From: Candidatus Omnitrophota bacterium
GTDB taxonomy: Bacteria; Omnitrophota; Gorgyraeia; JABMRG01; JAFGKX01
DNA: 17,925 bases
Reading direction: 5' to 3'
NCBI GenBank assembly: GCA_020354945.1
Contig: CP070655.1
Span: forward strand, 84,904-102,828
The notes beneath the pieces were generated by a model. That model saw only the letters and a program-made list of their open reading frames with translations. It had not been told where the DNA came from and made no database searches. The position numbers and the translations under genes are program-made. Below, piece after piece: positions 8,450 through 16,114 of the stretch. Numbering within the stretch: the first letter of the stretch is position 1; the number at the start of each line of letters is the position of its first letter.

Positions 8450-8725
8450 ATGAGTAGTAACAAAAGCTTTAGCTTTGATGAAGCAAAGAAAATTGGAGAC
8501 CAGCTGGGGATAAAGTGGGATAAGTTTGATGTAGAGCAATTTAGGCAAGGCATGGATGTTGAGCTAGAGCATGGGTTGCGTGATTCAATGACAAATGTTA
8601 CGAGCAACGATCCCTTAACCACAGGGAAAATTGCTCTCGCGCATCTTAGCGAATTCCCGGATTATTACACGCGGCTTGAAAAGATGGAAAAAGAGGCAGA
8701 GGATTTTTGGGAAAAAGAACAATAA
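8450..8725 (+). CDS. DUF5661-like conserved protein
   Basis: FDVEQFRQGMDVELEHG...KIALAHLSEFPDYYTRL. ATG 8450 follows AGGAGG; the ORF-track start at 8387 is probably too early. Confidence 0.75.
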   Translation: MSSNKSFSFDEAKKIGDQLGIKWDKFDVEQFRQGMDVELEHGLRDSMTNVTSNDPLTTGKIALAHLSEFPDYYTRLEKMEKEAEDFWEKEQ

Positions 8726-8757
8726 CGCTTTGCTTAATAAATCAGAGGAGGCTTAAT

Positions 8758-8877
8758 ATGGCAGTAGAAAAACTAGGCGAGAAGTATCGTTGTAATGTTT
8801 GCGGTAATGAAGTTACGGTAACAAAAGCAGGCGGAGGAGAGCTTGTTTGTTGCAATCAGCCCATGGAAAAGATTTAA
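8758..8877 (+). CDS. Desulforedoxin-like (desulfoferrodoxin FeS4-domain) protein, 39 aa; absent from the ORF track
   Basis: MAVEKLGEKYRCNVCGNEVTVTKAGGGELVCCNQPMEKI has the CxxC...CC iron ligands; RBS GAGGAGG. Confidence 0.92.
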   Translation: MAVEKLGEKYRCNVCGNEVTVTKAGGGELVCCNQPMEKI

Positions 8878-8888
8878 AGGAGGCTGAA

Positions 8889-9119
8889 ATGGAAGTGAAA
8901 GTCTATTCAACGCCCACATGCCCGTATTGTAAAAAGGCTAAGGAATATTTATCTTCTAAAGGGATTTCTTATCAGGATATCGATGTTTCATCAAATAAAG
9001 CTGCGGCTGATGAAATGGTAAAACTTTCCGGGCAGATGGGTGTCCCAGTAATTACAATTGATGGAAGCGTCATAAATGGATTCGACAAAGCCAAGATAGA
9101 TTCCTTGGTGAAAAAGTAA
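8889..9119 (+). CDS. Glutaredoxin-like protein (NrdH/YruB type)
   Basis: CPYC active site and GQMGVPV. ATG 8889 follows AAGGAGG. Confidence 0.9.
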   Translation: MEVKVYSTPTCPYCKKAKEYLSSKGISYQDIDVSSNKAAADEMVKLSGQMGVPVITIDGSVINGFDKAKIDSLVKK

Positions 9120-9175
9120 GGCAAAGCATAAAGCAGTCCTAGATTAGACGTGTCTTTGCTTTTCGTTGGAAGGGG

Positions 9176-10123
9176 ATGATAATCATGTATGCGAAGTCTA
9201 AACATCAGCCTTTCACGCCATATTTATTACTCATGGTGTTTTGCATATTGGCGAATAATTCGTTTGCAGATGAAGTTTATCTGAAAAATAAAGATAAGAT
9301 ATCAGGCGAAATAATAGAAGAAAGCGAGGATGACGTTTCTGTAAAAACAGAAGCAATGGGAGTGATTTTAATAAAAAAAGAATTTGTTGATAGAATTATT
9401 AAGACCGATAGAATCGCAAAAAAAGATGAATCAAAGAAAGAACCAGAAAAGCCTCAAATTATATGGCAGAGAGAGATTTCAGCAGGATACAATATGTCAA
9501 GGGGCAATACTAGAAATGAACAATTTTCACTAAACGCCCTTATAAACAGAAATAGAAAACACATAGATGAGTGGACTTTTAAAGGGAATATGTTTTATTC
9601 TGAAGCCGATAAGAAAATAGATGCGCAGAAATGGCACGGAATAGGTAGATACGCATTTAGTTTCTGGACCAGGAAAGCATGGTATAATTTTTACCGCTTA
9701 GAGGTAGATCACGATAGATTTGCAGACGTTTATTATAGAATTATTCCTGCCTCAGGCGTAGGGTATTGGTTTTTTGATTTACCGGAAACTAAACTTTTAG
9801 CGGAAGGAGGATTGGGGTTAGAATATACCAACTACTACGGCGATGAAAAAAGCGCAAGTAACCTTGTCGCGGCTCCGCGGTTATTTTATGAACAGCAACT
9901 ATTTGAACGAATAAAGTTTACCCAGGATATTTATGTTTATCCTAAGCTTACAGATTCAGGCGCCTATAGAGTGCATTCTGAAAGCGCATTTACACTTTCT
10001 ATAAATGACAGCTTAGGGTTGCGGCTAAGCTTAATCGATGATTATAATTCAAAGCCCCATAGCGACACGAAGAAAAACGACCTGACTCTTATGTCATCGC
10101 TTGTATGTTCTTTTGGTAACTAA
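9176..10123 (+). CDS. DUF481 (YdiY-like) outer-membrane beta-barrel protein
   Basis: Signal peptide, then DEVYLKNKDKISG N-terminal domain. Barrel motifs GYNMSRGNT, HDRFADV, GVGYWF, DDYNSKP. Confidence 0.8.
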   Translation: MIIMYAKSKHQPFTPYLLLMVFCILANNSFADEVYLKNKDKISGEIIEESEDDVSVKTEAMGVILIKKEFVDRIIKTDRIAKKDESKKEPEKPQIIWQREISAGYNMSRGNTRNEQFSLNALINRNRKHIDEWTFKGNMFYSEADKKIDAQKWHGIGRYAFSFWTRKAWYNFYRLEVDHDRFADVYYRIIPASGVGYWFFDLPETKLLAEGGLGLEYTNYYGDEKSASNLVAAPRLFYEQQLFERIKFTQDIYVYPKLTDSGAYRVHSESAFTLSINDSLGLRLSLIDDYNSKPHSDTKKNDLTLMSSLVCSFGN

Positions 10124-10143
10124 ATTATGCAGGAGGTGATCAT

Positions 10144-11226
10144 ATGTCAAAATTTATCAAGAAGGTATCAAAGACAATCGGCCTTGCTCCGGGTAGTCTT
10201 GTATATGTAGGTGAAAAGGAACTGAAAAAACCCCGCATATCTATTATTGATTACGATCAGGAAAACTTCCAGGAGAAAGAAGTAAAACAAGTGGAGGAAT
10301 GTTTTCCGTTTAAAGAGTCCACTACAATAACCTGGATAAACATTGATGGAATCCACGATACAGATATAATCAGCAGAATCGGGAAACATTTTGACGTTCA
10401 TCATCTTATCCTGGAAGATATTGTGAATACCTCTCAGCGGCCCAAGATTGAGGAGTCAGAAAAATATATCTTTATTGTTCTAAAGATGTTATATTTTGAT
10501 GAGAAAGAAGATGAGACTAAAGCTGAACAGGTAAGCATTATCCTCGGCTCAAACTGCATTATTTCATTTCAGGAAAGGGAAGGCGATGTTTTTAACCCCA
10601 TTAGAGAGAGAATTAGAAACAACAAGGGACGTATAAGGAAAAGCGGCGCTGATTATCTTGCCTATGTGCTTTTGGATGCGATTGTTGATAATTATTTTAT
10701 AATACTGGAAAAAATAGGAGAAAAAATAGAAGGCATGGAGGACGAGTTAGTAGCTCATCCTACACCTGAGAACTTGCAGACAATTCAAAACTTGAAGAGA
10801 GATATGATATTCTTGCGCAAATCCGTATGGCCATTGAGAGAGATAATCAGCGGGCTGCAAAGAACAGACTCAGATTTAATCCAGGATTCAACCGCAATCT
10901 ACATGAGGGACCTGCATGATCACACAATTCAGGTTATTGACACGATAGAATCCTTACGGGATATGGTTTCCGGGATGCTCGATATCTACATGTCCAGCAT
11001 AAGCAATAAAATGAATGAAGTAATGAAAGTCCTTACAATTATAGCAACGATATTTATTCCTATAACGTTCGTTGCTGGTATATACGGTATGAATTTTGAC
11101 CCCAGCATTTCTAAGCTTAATATGCCTGAACTTGGATGGCCGTTCGGCTATATCTTTGCTTGGGGAATAATGATTATGATAACCATTGGAATGGTAACCT
11201 ATTTCAAGAAAAAAAGATGGCTATGA
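10144..11226 (+). CDS. corA: Magnesium/cobalt transporter CorA
   Basis: GLAPGSL N-terminus, QRPKIE, MNEVMKVLT, YGMNF and MPEL signature, ending KKKRWL. Confidence 0.95.
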   Translation: MSKFIKKVSKTIGLAPGSLVYVGEKELKKPRISIIDYDQENFQEKEVKQVEECFPFKESTTITWINIDGIHDTDIISRIGKHFDVHHLILEDIVNTSQRPKIEESEKYIFIVLKMLYFDEKEDETKAEQVSIILGSNCIISFQEREGDVFNPIRERIRNNKGRIRKSGADYLAYVLLDAIVDNYFIILEKIGEKIEGMEDELVAHPTPENLQTIQNLKRDMIFLRKSVWPLREIISGLQRTDSDLIQDSTAIYMRDLHDHTIQVIDTIESLRDMVSGMLDIYMSSISNKMNEVMKVLTIIATIFIPITFVAGIYGMNFDPSISKLNMPELGWPFGYIFAWGIMIMITIGMVTYFKKKRWL

Positions 11227-11236
11227 GGGAGCGTAT

Positions 11237-11410
11237 ATGAATGTAAACAACTGCCTAACAGTAGAACAAGCGGCAAAGAGAATCGGTTTGACGGAAGAAC
11301 GCGTCAGGGAGTTTATCAATCTTAGGGAGATCGAGGATACAAAGATCGGCCTCTGGTGGATTAAACCGGAGAACTTGCAAAGTTTCATTAAATCAAGAAC
11401 AAATAAATAA
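11237..11410 (+). CDS. Excisionase-family HTH DNA-binding protein, 57 aa; absent from the ORF track
   Basis: MNVNNCLTVEQAAKRIGLTEERVREFINLREIEDTKIGLWWIKPENLQSFIKSRTNK shows the LTVxxAA...KIG.W.I HTH_17 pattern; RBS GAGGGAG. Confidence 0.82.
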   Translation: MNVNNCLTVEQAAKRIGLTEERVREFINLREIEDTKIGLWWIKPENLQSFIKSRTNK

Positions 11411-11439
11411 AGAACAGAAAAGCGTAAATGTAAGATGAT

Positions 11440-11531
11440 AATCAAGCATCTTTTAAAAATTTTTTGACCGCCGCCACAATATAAAAATGACTTCTTTATT
11501 TATGATTTTTGCGAGAGAGAGGACGCAAAGT
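11440..11531 (+). repeat. Diverged partial copy C of the boundary element
   Basis: AATCAAGCATCTTTTAAAAATTTTTT and GATTTTTGCGAGAGAGAGGACGCAAAGT match two blocks of copy A (reverse complement) and copy B, with a different spacer. Confidence 0.8.
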
Positions 11532-11596
11532 AGCAATTAATGCAAGGTTCTTAAAGATAAATAAATGAGTAACACAATTTAGAATGGAGGTGTAGA

Positions 11597-11743
11597 ATGT
11601 GGGGACATATGGCAGGTGAAGGTTATATGATGGGTGGTTTTACTATGCTTCTTTGGTGGGCAGTTTTTATCTGGTTTATTGTGTTCACGATACTTGTGAT
11701 TGTAAAACTGGATAAAATTGTCCAACTGTTAGAAAAGAAATAA
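11597..11743 (+). CDS. Small single-TM protein, 48 aa, Met/Gly-rich N-terminus; absent from the ORF track
   Basis: MWGHMAGEGYMMGGFTMLLWWAVFIWFIVFTILVIVKLDKIVQLLEKK with a strong RBS GGAGGT. Confidence 0.75.
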   Translation: MWGHMAGEGYMMGGFTMLLWWAVFIWFIVFTILVIVKLDKIVQLLEKK

Positions 11744-11815
11744 TTTCTTAGAGCTGTAACATTTAGAGCAGTAGCTGTAAGTCTATTGAATGCTAAACTT
11801 GTAAGGAGGTGTCTT

Positions 11816-12205
11816 ATGATCAATTATGGATTTATAAAAGAGTCGAATATTCCTTTTGAAAAAGCAATAGAAATAGTCACTGAAGCGTTGAAAAAAGAAA
11901 AGTTTGGAGTGCTTACTAAAATTGATGTGAAAGAGAAATTAAAAGAGAAGCTCGGTATCGACTTTAAAAAATACGTGATATTAGGAGCCTGCAACCCTTC
12001 TAATGCTCATAAGGCTATTATTGCGGAGGAAAATATCGGCCTGATGCTTCCGTGCAACGTTATTATTTACGAGAAAGATGGTAAAACGGTAATCTCAATT
12101 ATAAAACCGACAGTAGCAATGGGAATGATTAACAATGAAGAATTAAAACAGATTGCAACAAATGTAGAGAGGCAATTAAAAAATGTATTTGATACGATAA
12201 CATAG
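11816..12205 (+). CDS. DUF302 domain protein
   Basis: FGVLTKID, YVILGACNP, IGLMLPCNV. ATG 11816 follows AAGGAGGT. Confidence 0.9.
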   Translation: MINYGFIKESNIPFEKAIEIVTEALKKEKFGVLTKIDVKEKLKEKLGIDFKKYVILGACNPSNAHKAIIAEENIGLMLPCNVIIYEKDGKTVISIIKPTVAMGMINNEELKQIATNVERQLKNVFDTIT

Positions 12206-12210
12206 AAGAG

Positions 12211-12230
12211 CACCTTTTAAAAATTTTTTC
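12211..12230 (+). repeat. Truncated copy D of the boundary element
   Basis: CACCTTTTAAAAATTTTTTC is identical to the reverse complement of 1977-1996 and starts 6 bp after the DUF302 stop. Confidence 0.7.
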
Positions 12231-12232
12231 GC

Positions 12233-12283
12233 CGGATTTCCAACGCAGAAGAAGTCAAAAAATGGATCGAAGAAGAAAAATAA
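12233..12283 (+). pseudogene. 3' remnant of a small thioredoxin-family (MTH895-like) gene (RISNAEEVKKWIEEEK*)
   Basis: Resembles the GR[IV]PxxEE[IV]KKW C-terminus of that family. No start codon; abuts copy D. Confidence 0.45.
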
Positions 12284-12433
12284 CATACAATAAAAAACAA
12301 TCGATTCTTATTGAAGGACGTAACGTATAAGAACAAAAAAGCCTTTTTACGATATATATTATTTTATACGCTGGGATATTGTATAATTTTAAGATATAAT
12401 AAAAACAAACTGTATTACAGAAAGGAATCAGCC

Positions 12434-14020
12434 ATGAAACGCCAGGAGGAGAAACGTTACGAGAAACTCAGCCCCTTTGAACTAAAGGATAAGCTGATAA
12501 AACTTTCCAAGGCACATCACGAAAGGCTTATGCTGAATGCCGGGCGGGGAAATCCCAACTGGGTAGCAGTAACTCCCAGGGAGGGATTTTTTCTTTTTGG
12601 CCGGTTTGCGCTTCAGGAGTCATTAAGGGTGACGGACCTTCCCGCCATAGGCGGATTTTGCGAAAGACAGGGTTCGGGAGAAAGATTTAAATCTTTCCTT
12701 AAAAACAATAAAGAGGCAGAAGGAACAGTCTTTCTGCAGAAGGCCTTTGATTATGTCAAGGATGAGATGAACATCGACCCGGATGATTTTATATGCGAAT
12801 TGACGGATGCGGTTCTTGGAAACAATTATCCCGTTCCTGACAGGATGCTCATCAATTGCGAGAATATCGTCCACAGGTATCTTGATAAGGAGATGTGCCA
12901 GTCCAGCCCTCCCCCGGGCAGATTCGACCTTTTCGCAACCGAAGGCGGCACGGCAGCGATGGATTATATTTTTACCAGCCTTATGGAGAACAAGCTTTTG
13001 CATAAGGGGGATAAGGTAGCCCTGGGGACCCCGATATTTACCCCTTATATAGAGATTCCAAAATTAAACGACTACAGGTTTATAGAACTCGAGATAAAAC
13101 AGGATGAGAATGCAGGCTGGCAATATCCTGATTCCGAGATTGAAAAGCTGGCTGACCCTAAGGTAAAGGCCTTCTGTTTGGTTAACCCGTCCAACCCCAC
13201 ATCGGTAAGCATGCAACCGGCCACGTTAGGAAAAATAGGCAGCCTTGTGCATAAGAAGCGGCAGGACCTTATAATAATTACGGATGACGTATACGGGACA
13301 TTTGTCAACGGTTTTAAGTCTATCGTTACGGTTGCGCCGCAGAACACAATTCTTGTATATTCCTTTTCCAAGTATTTCGGCGCAACCGGCTGGAGGCTGG
13401 GGGTAATCGGAATACATCAAAACAACGCCTTTGACAGAATGATAGCCGCTTTGCCGCTTAAGGACAGAAAACAGCTGCATGAGCGGTATTCAACCGTGGC
13501 ATTAAATCCGGATAAGATGAAGCTGATTGACAGGATGGTTGCAGACAGCCGCTCTGTAGCCCTTCATCATACCGCAGGGCTTTCCACGCCGCAGCAGGTG
13601 CAGATGGTGCTATTTTCGCTCTTCTGTCTTACCGACAGAGAGAATAAATACAAGCAGGCTGCGCAGTATATCGTAAGGCACAGGATAAAGACGCTCTACG
13701 ATGCTCTGGGCAGCGGGTATGCCCAGAGCCCCTATGATACCCATTACTATACGACTATCGATATACCCAAGCTTGCTCAAGAAAGATACGGCGAGAAGTT
13801 TGCCAGCTACCTTGTTAAAAATTTCGAGCCTATAGATTTTGTAGTAAAGCTTGCCGAGAAAAAATCGATAGTCTTAATGGACGGAGGAGGTTTTGACGCG
13901 CCGAATATGTCAGTCAGGGTTTCTCTGGCAAACCTCCCAAACAGCACCTACGATGCCATAGGAAAGGGAATCAGCGACCTTTTAGAAGAATACCATAACG
14001 GCTGGAAATCCCGGGTGTAG
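12434..14020 (+). CDS. aspD: L-aspartate 4-(beta)-decarboxylase (bifunctional aminotransferase), PLP-dependent
   Basis: LSPFELKD, LNAGRGNPNW, EGGTAAM, TDDVYGTF, YSFSKYFGATGWRLG, HTAGLSTPQQ. ATG 12434 follows AAGGA. Confidence 0.95.
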   Translation: MKRQEEKRYEKLSPFELKDKLIKLSKAHHERLMLNAGRGNPNWVAVTPREGFFLFGRFALQESLRVTDLPAIGGFCERQGSGERFKSFLKNNKEAEGTVFLQKAFDYVKDEMNIDPDDFICELTDAVLGNNYPVPDRMLINCENIVHRYLDKEMCQSSPPPGRFDLFATEGGTAAMDYIFTSLMENKLLHKGDKVALGTPIFTPYIEIPKLNDYRFIELEIKQDENAGWQYPDSEIEKLADPKVKAFCLVNPSNPTSVSMQPATLGKIGSLVHKKRQDLIIITDDVYGTFVNGFKSIVTVAPQNTILVYSFSKYFGATGWRLGVIGIHQNNAFDRMIAALPLKDRKQLHERYSTVALNPDKMKLIDRMVADSRSVALHHTAGLSTPQQVQMVLFSLFCLTDRENKYKQAAQYIVRHRIKTLYDALGSGYAQSPYDTHYYTTIDIPKLAQERYGEKFASYLVKNFEPIDFVVKLAEKKSIVLMDGGGFDAPNMSVRVSLANLPNSTYDAIGKGISDLLEEYHNGWKSRV

Positions 14021-14024
14021 ACAG

Positions 14025-15704
14025 ATGCATATTATATTGGATCTTTGCCGCAGCAATCCGCAGATCGTGGTTTTTCTTGCATTGGCCTTAGGCTATCTTG
14101 TAGGCAAGGTCAAGGTCTTCGGTTTTAGCCTGGGCGCGACGACGGGCGTGCTTCTTGTCGCACTCCTGCTGGGTCAGATCGATATAGAGATACCGGCTGT
14201 TTTGAGAAGTATCAGCTTTGCGTTATTTACCTTTTCTATAGGCTACAGGGTAGGGCCGCAGTTTTTTGGCGCGCTTAAAAAGGAAGGGTTTAAGTATGTC
14301 TTGCTTTCGCTTATCGTTGCCTTTACGGCCCTGGGGACAGCCTTTATACTGGCTAAGGTCCTGAAGTTCGATAAAGGGACTGCTGCAGGATTCTTTGCCG
14401 GTTCAGTTACGCAGTCTGCCGCGATAGGGACAGCGGAGGGCGCAATAAGCCAGCTTTCCGTTTCTGCTGAAGAAAAGTCCAGCCTTGATACAAATGTTGC
14501 GGTGGCATATGCCATAACCTATATATTCGGTACCGCCGGAGGAATACTCTTTTTCAAGATAGCCCCCCGCCTGTTAAAGATAGAGCTGAAAGAAGAAGCC
14601 AGAAAACTGCAGGAGAAGATGTCGGGCAGAAATAAAGAGGCGGAGAGGCCGGAGCTTTTTTCCTGGAAAAAACAGCTTGAGATTCGTGCATACGAAGTTG
14701 AAAATAAAGATATTGCAGGAAAGGCCGTCAAGGATTTAGAAGGACTCTTTCCGGGCAGGGTAGCCGTAGAGAATATAAAACGCAGGGGACGGATTATTAA
14801 GGCCGGTCCGGAGACAGTTATTGAGTACGGTGATATAGTTGTTATTATCAGCGGCCCCAAGCCTATTATATCCGCCTCTGTCTTAATAGGAAAAGAGGTA
14901 GATGCGGGCGATATGACAGAGGCCCTGGGCGAGATTTTAGATGTATGTGTGCTTAATAAGGATGCTGCAGGCAAGAGCCTCGGTGAATTAAGCCAGAGCA
15001 GATATGCCCATGGAGTTTTTTTAAGGAGGGTTATCAGGCAGGGGCATGAGATACCCATAACACGAGATACGGTTATCAATAAATGCGATGTGCTGCAGCT
15101 AATCGGTGAAAAGGAAGATATAGAAAGGGCGGCAGGATTCCTGGGGTTTGCCGAGAGGCCAACAGCGGTTACTGATTTAGTGATGGTGGGCATAGGCTGC
15201 GTTCTGGGGACTCTGCTGGGCTTATTGGCAGTGAAGGTTGGCGGCATTCCTATAACACTGGGAGTAGGGGGCGGTGTCCTGGTGTCGGGGCTGATCTTCG
15301 GCTGGCTAAGAACCCTGCACCCCACCTTCGGACAGATTCCCAGCGCAGCTCAATGGATTTTTACCAATCTCGGGCTTAATCTCTTTGTCGCCTGTGTAGG
15401 CCTGGGGGCGGGAACTGCGGCAGTCAAGGCGTTTGAAACAACAGGTCTCTCGGTTTTTCTTGCCGGTATCGTCCTGTCGCTTATGCCCTTTGTCATTGGG
15501 TTATTTTTTGGAAGAAAGATCTTAAAGATACACCCGGTTTTACTCTTGGGAGCCCTGGCCGGTTCAAGGGTTTTAACTGCGGCGCTTAATACCCTGCAGG
15601 AAGACGCGGATAGCTCCGTTCCTGTCCTGGGATATGCTGCACCCTATGCGTTCGGAAATGTGCTTCTTACTATTTGGGGAAGCGTGATTGTAAACATATT
15701 ATAA
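14025..15704 (+). CDS. aspT: Aspartate:alanine antiporter (AspT/YidE family)
   Basis: Duplicated membrane domains with two central TrkA-C-like domains; GYRVGPQFF, AYAITYIFG. Lies directly after aspD. Confidence 0.93.
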   Translation: MHIILDLCRSNPQIVVFLALALGYLVGKVKVFGFSLGATTGVLLVALLLGQIDIEIPAVLRSISFALFTFSIGYRVGPQFFGALKKEGFKYVLLSLIVAFTALGTAFILAKVLKFDKGTAAGFFAGSVTQSAAIGTAEGAISQLSVSAEEKSSLDTNVAVAYAITYIFGTAGGILFFKIAPRLLKIELKEEARKLQEKMSGRNKEAERPELFSWKKQLEIRAYEVENKDIAGKAVKDLEGLFPGRVAVENIKRRGRIIKAGPETVIEYGDIVVIISGPKPIISASVLIGKEVDAGDMTEALGEILDVCVLNKDAAGKSLGELSQSRYAHGVFLRRVIRQGHEIPITRDTVINKCDVLQLIGEKEDIERAAGFLGFAERPTAVTDLVMVGIGCVLGTLLGLLAVKVGGIPITLGVGGGVLVSGLIFGWLRTLHPTFGQIPSAAQWIFTNLGLNLFVACVGLGAGTAAVKAFETTGLSVFLAGIVLSLMPFVIGLFFGRKILKIHPVLLLGALAGSRVLTAALNTLQEDADSSVPVLGYAAPYAFGNVLLTIWGSVIVNIL

Positions 15705-15710
15705 TCGCTT

Positions 15711-16087
15711 ATGAAGAAACTCATTGCTCTACAAGAAGTTAGAGAAATTGAGAAGGAGCGTTCAAAGAAGTATTTGAACAGGGCAGAGGAGTTTTTGGAA
15801 AGCTATAATCCGAGCAAGAAAACAATGGATTTAGAGACTAAAAAACTTATCCTAAATCTGCTTTTTAAAAACATCAAAATCGTCCAAAAGAATTTTTTCG
15901 TTTTCCTTTTTCGCGCCTTTTAATTTTTTCTTTTTTCAAAAGGAACAAAAATCATTATGCCAGAAAAATCAAAGAGTTATGAAAAATCTGCACCGAAAAG
16001 TCTATATTAGGACTTTCGGCTGACCGAACGTGTAAGTACCGACAGATGATTTTGAAGATATTAAAGAAGATAAATGGTTATGAATAA
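15711..16087 (+). pseudogene. Frameshifted C-terminal remnant of a probable large serine recombinase
   Basis: Coiled-coil followed by ETKKLILNLLFKNIKI, typical of large serine recombinase tails. Plausibly continues through frameshifts (FSFSFFAPFNFF...CQKNQRVMKNLHR, then SILGLSADR...) across the att core. No catalytic domain or RBS. Confidence 0.55.
15957..16023 (+). pseudogene. Second orphan MiaB-type 5' fragment (...KVYIRTFG*); att-like site
   Basis: MKNLHRKVYIRTFG* from ATG 15979. Alternatively MPEKSKSYEKSAPK-VYIRTFG from ATG 15957 if one A is removed from the run at 15996-15999. The Cys codon is replaced by TGA. Confidence 0.68.
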
Positions 16088-16114
16088 AGGAAATAAGAAG
16101 CGCAGGAGGTAGCC

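Larger units (their letters stand above)
1693..16019. mobile_element. Putative degenerate genomic island (about 14.3 kb) integrated at the 5' end of a miaB-type gene
   Basis: Direct repeat GGACTTTCGG at 1693-1702 and 16010-16019, both inside YIRTFG-coding sequence. An excisionase-like HTH pseudogene lies near the left end and a recombinase-like remnant at the right end. Confidence 0.6.

Noticed and set aside
1837-12230. Boundary elements as integron attC sites or CRISPR repeats
   Set aside because: There are no paired RYYYAAC/GTTRRRY ends around a single stem, no integron integrase and no regular repeat-spacer period. GCATAAC at 8042 has no matching GTT partner.
12311-12433. 41-aa N-terminal extension of AspD in the ORF track
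   Set aside because: This is AT-rich promoter-like sequence. Family similarity and the RBS point to ATG 12434.
14519-15325. 268-aa antisense ORF, plus other antisense or alternate-frame ORFs inside the radical SAM, TPR, GH26, PilZ, corA, aspD, aspT and MBL genes
   Set aside because: They are shadows of well-supported plus-strand genes and have no recognisable motifs.
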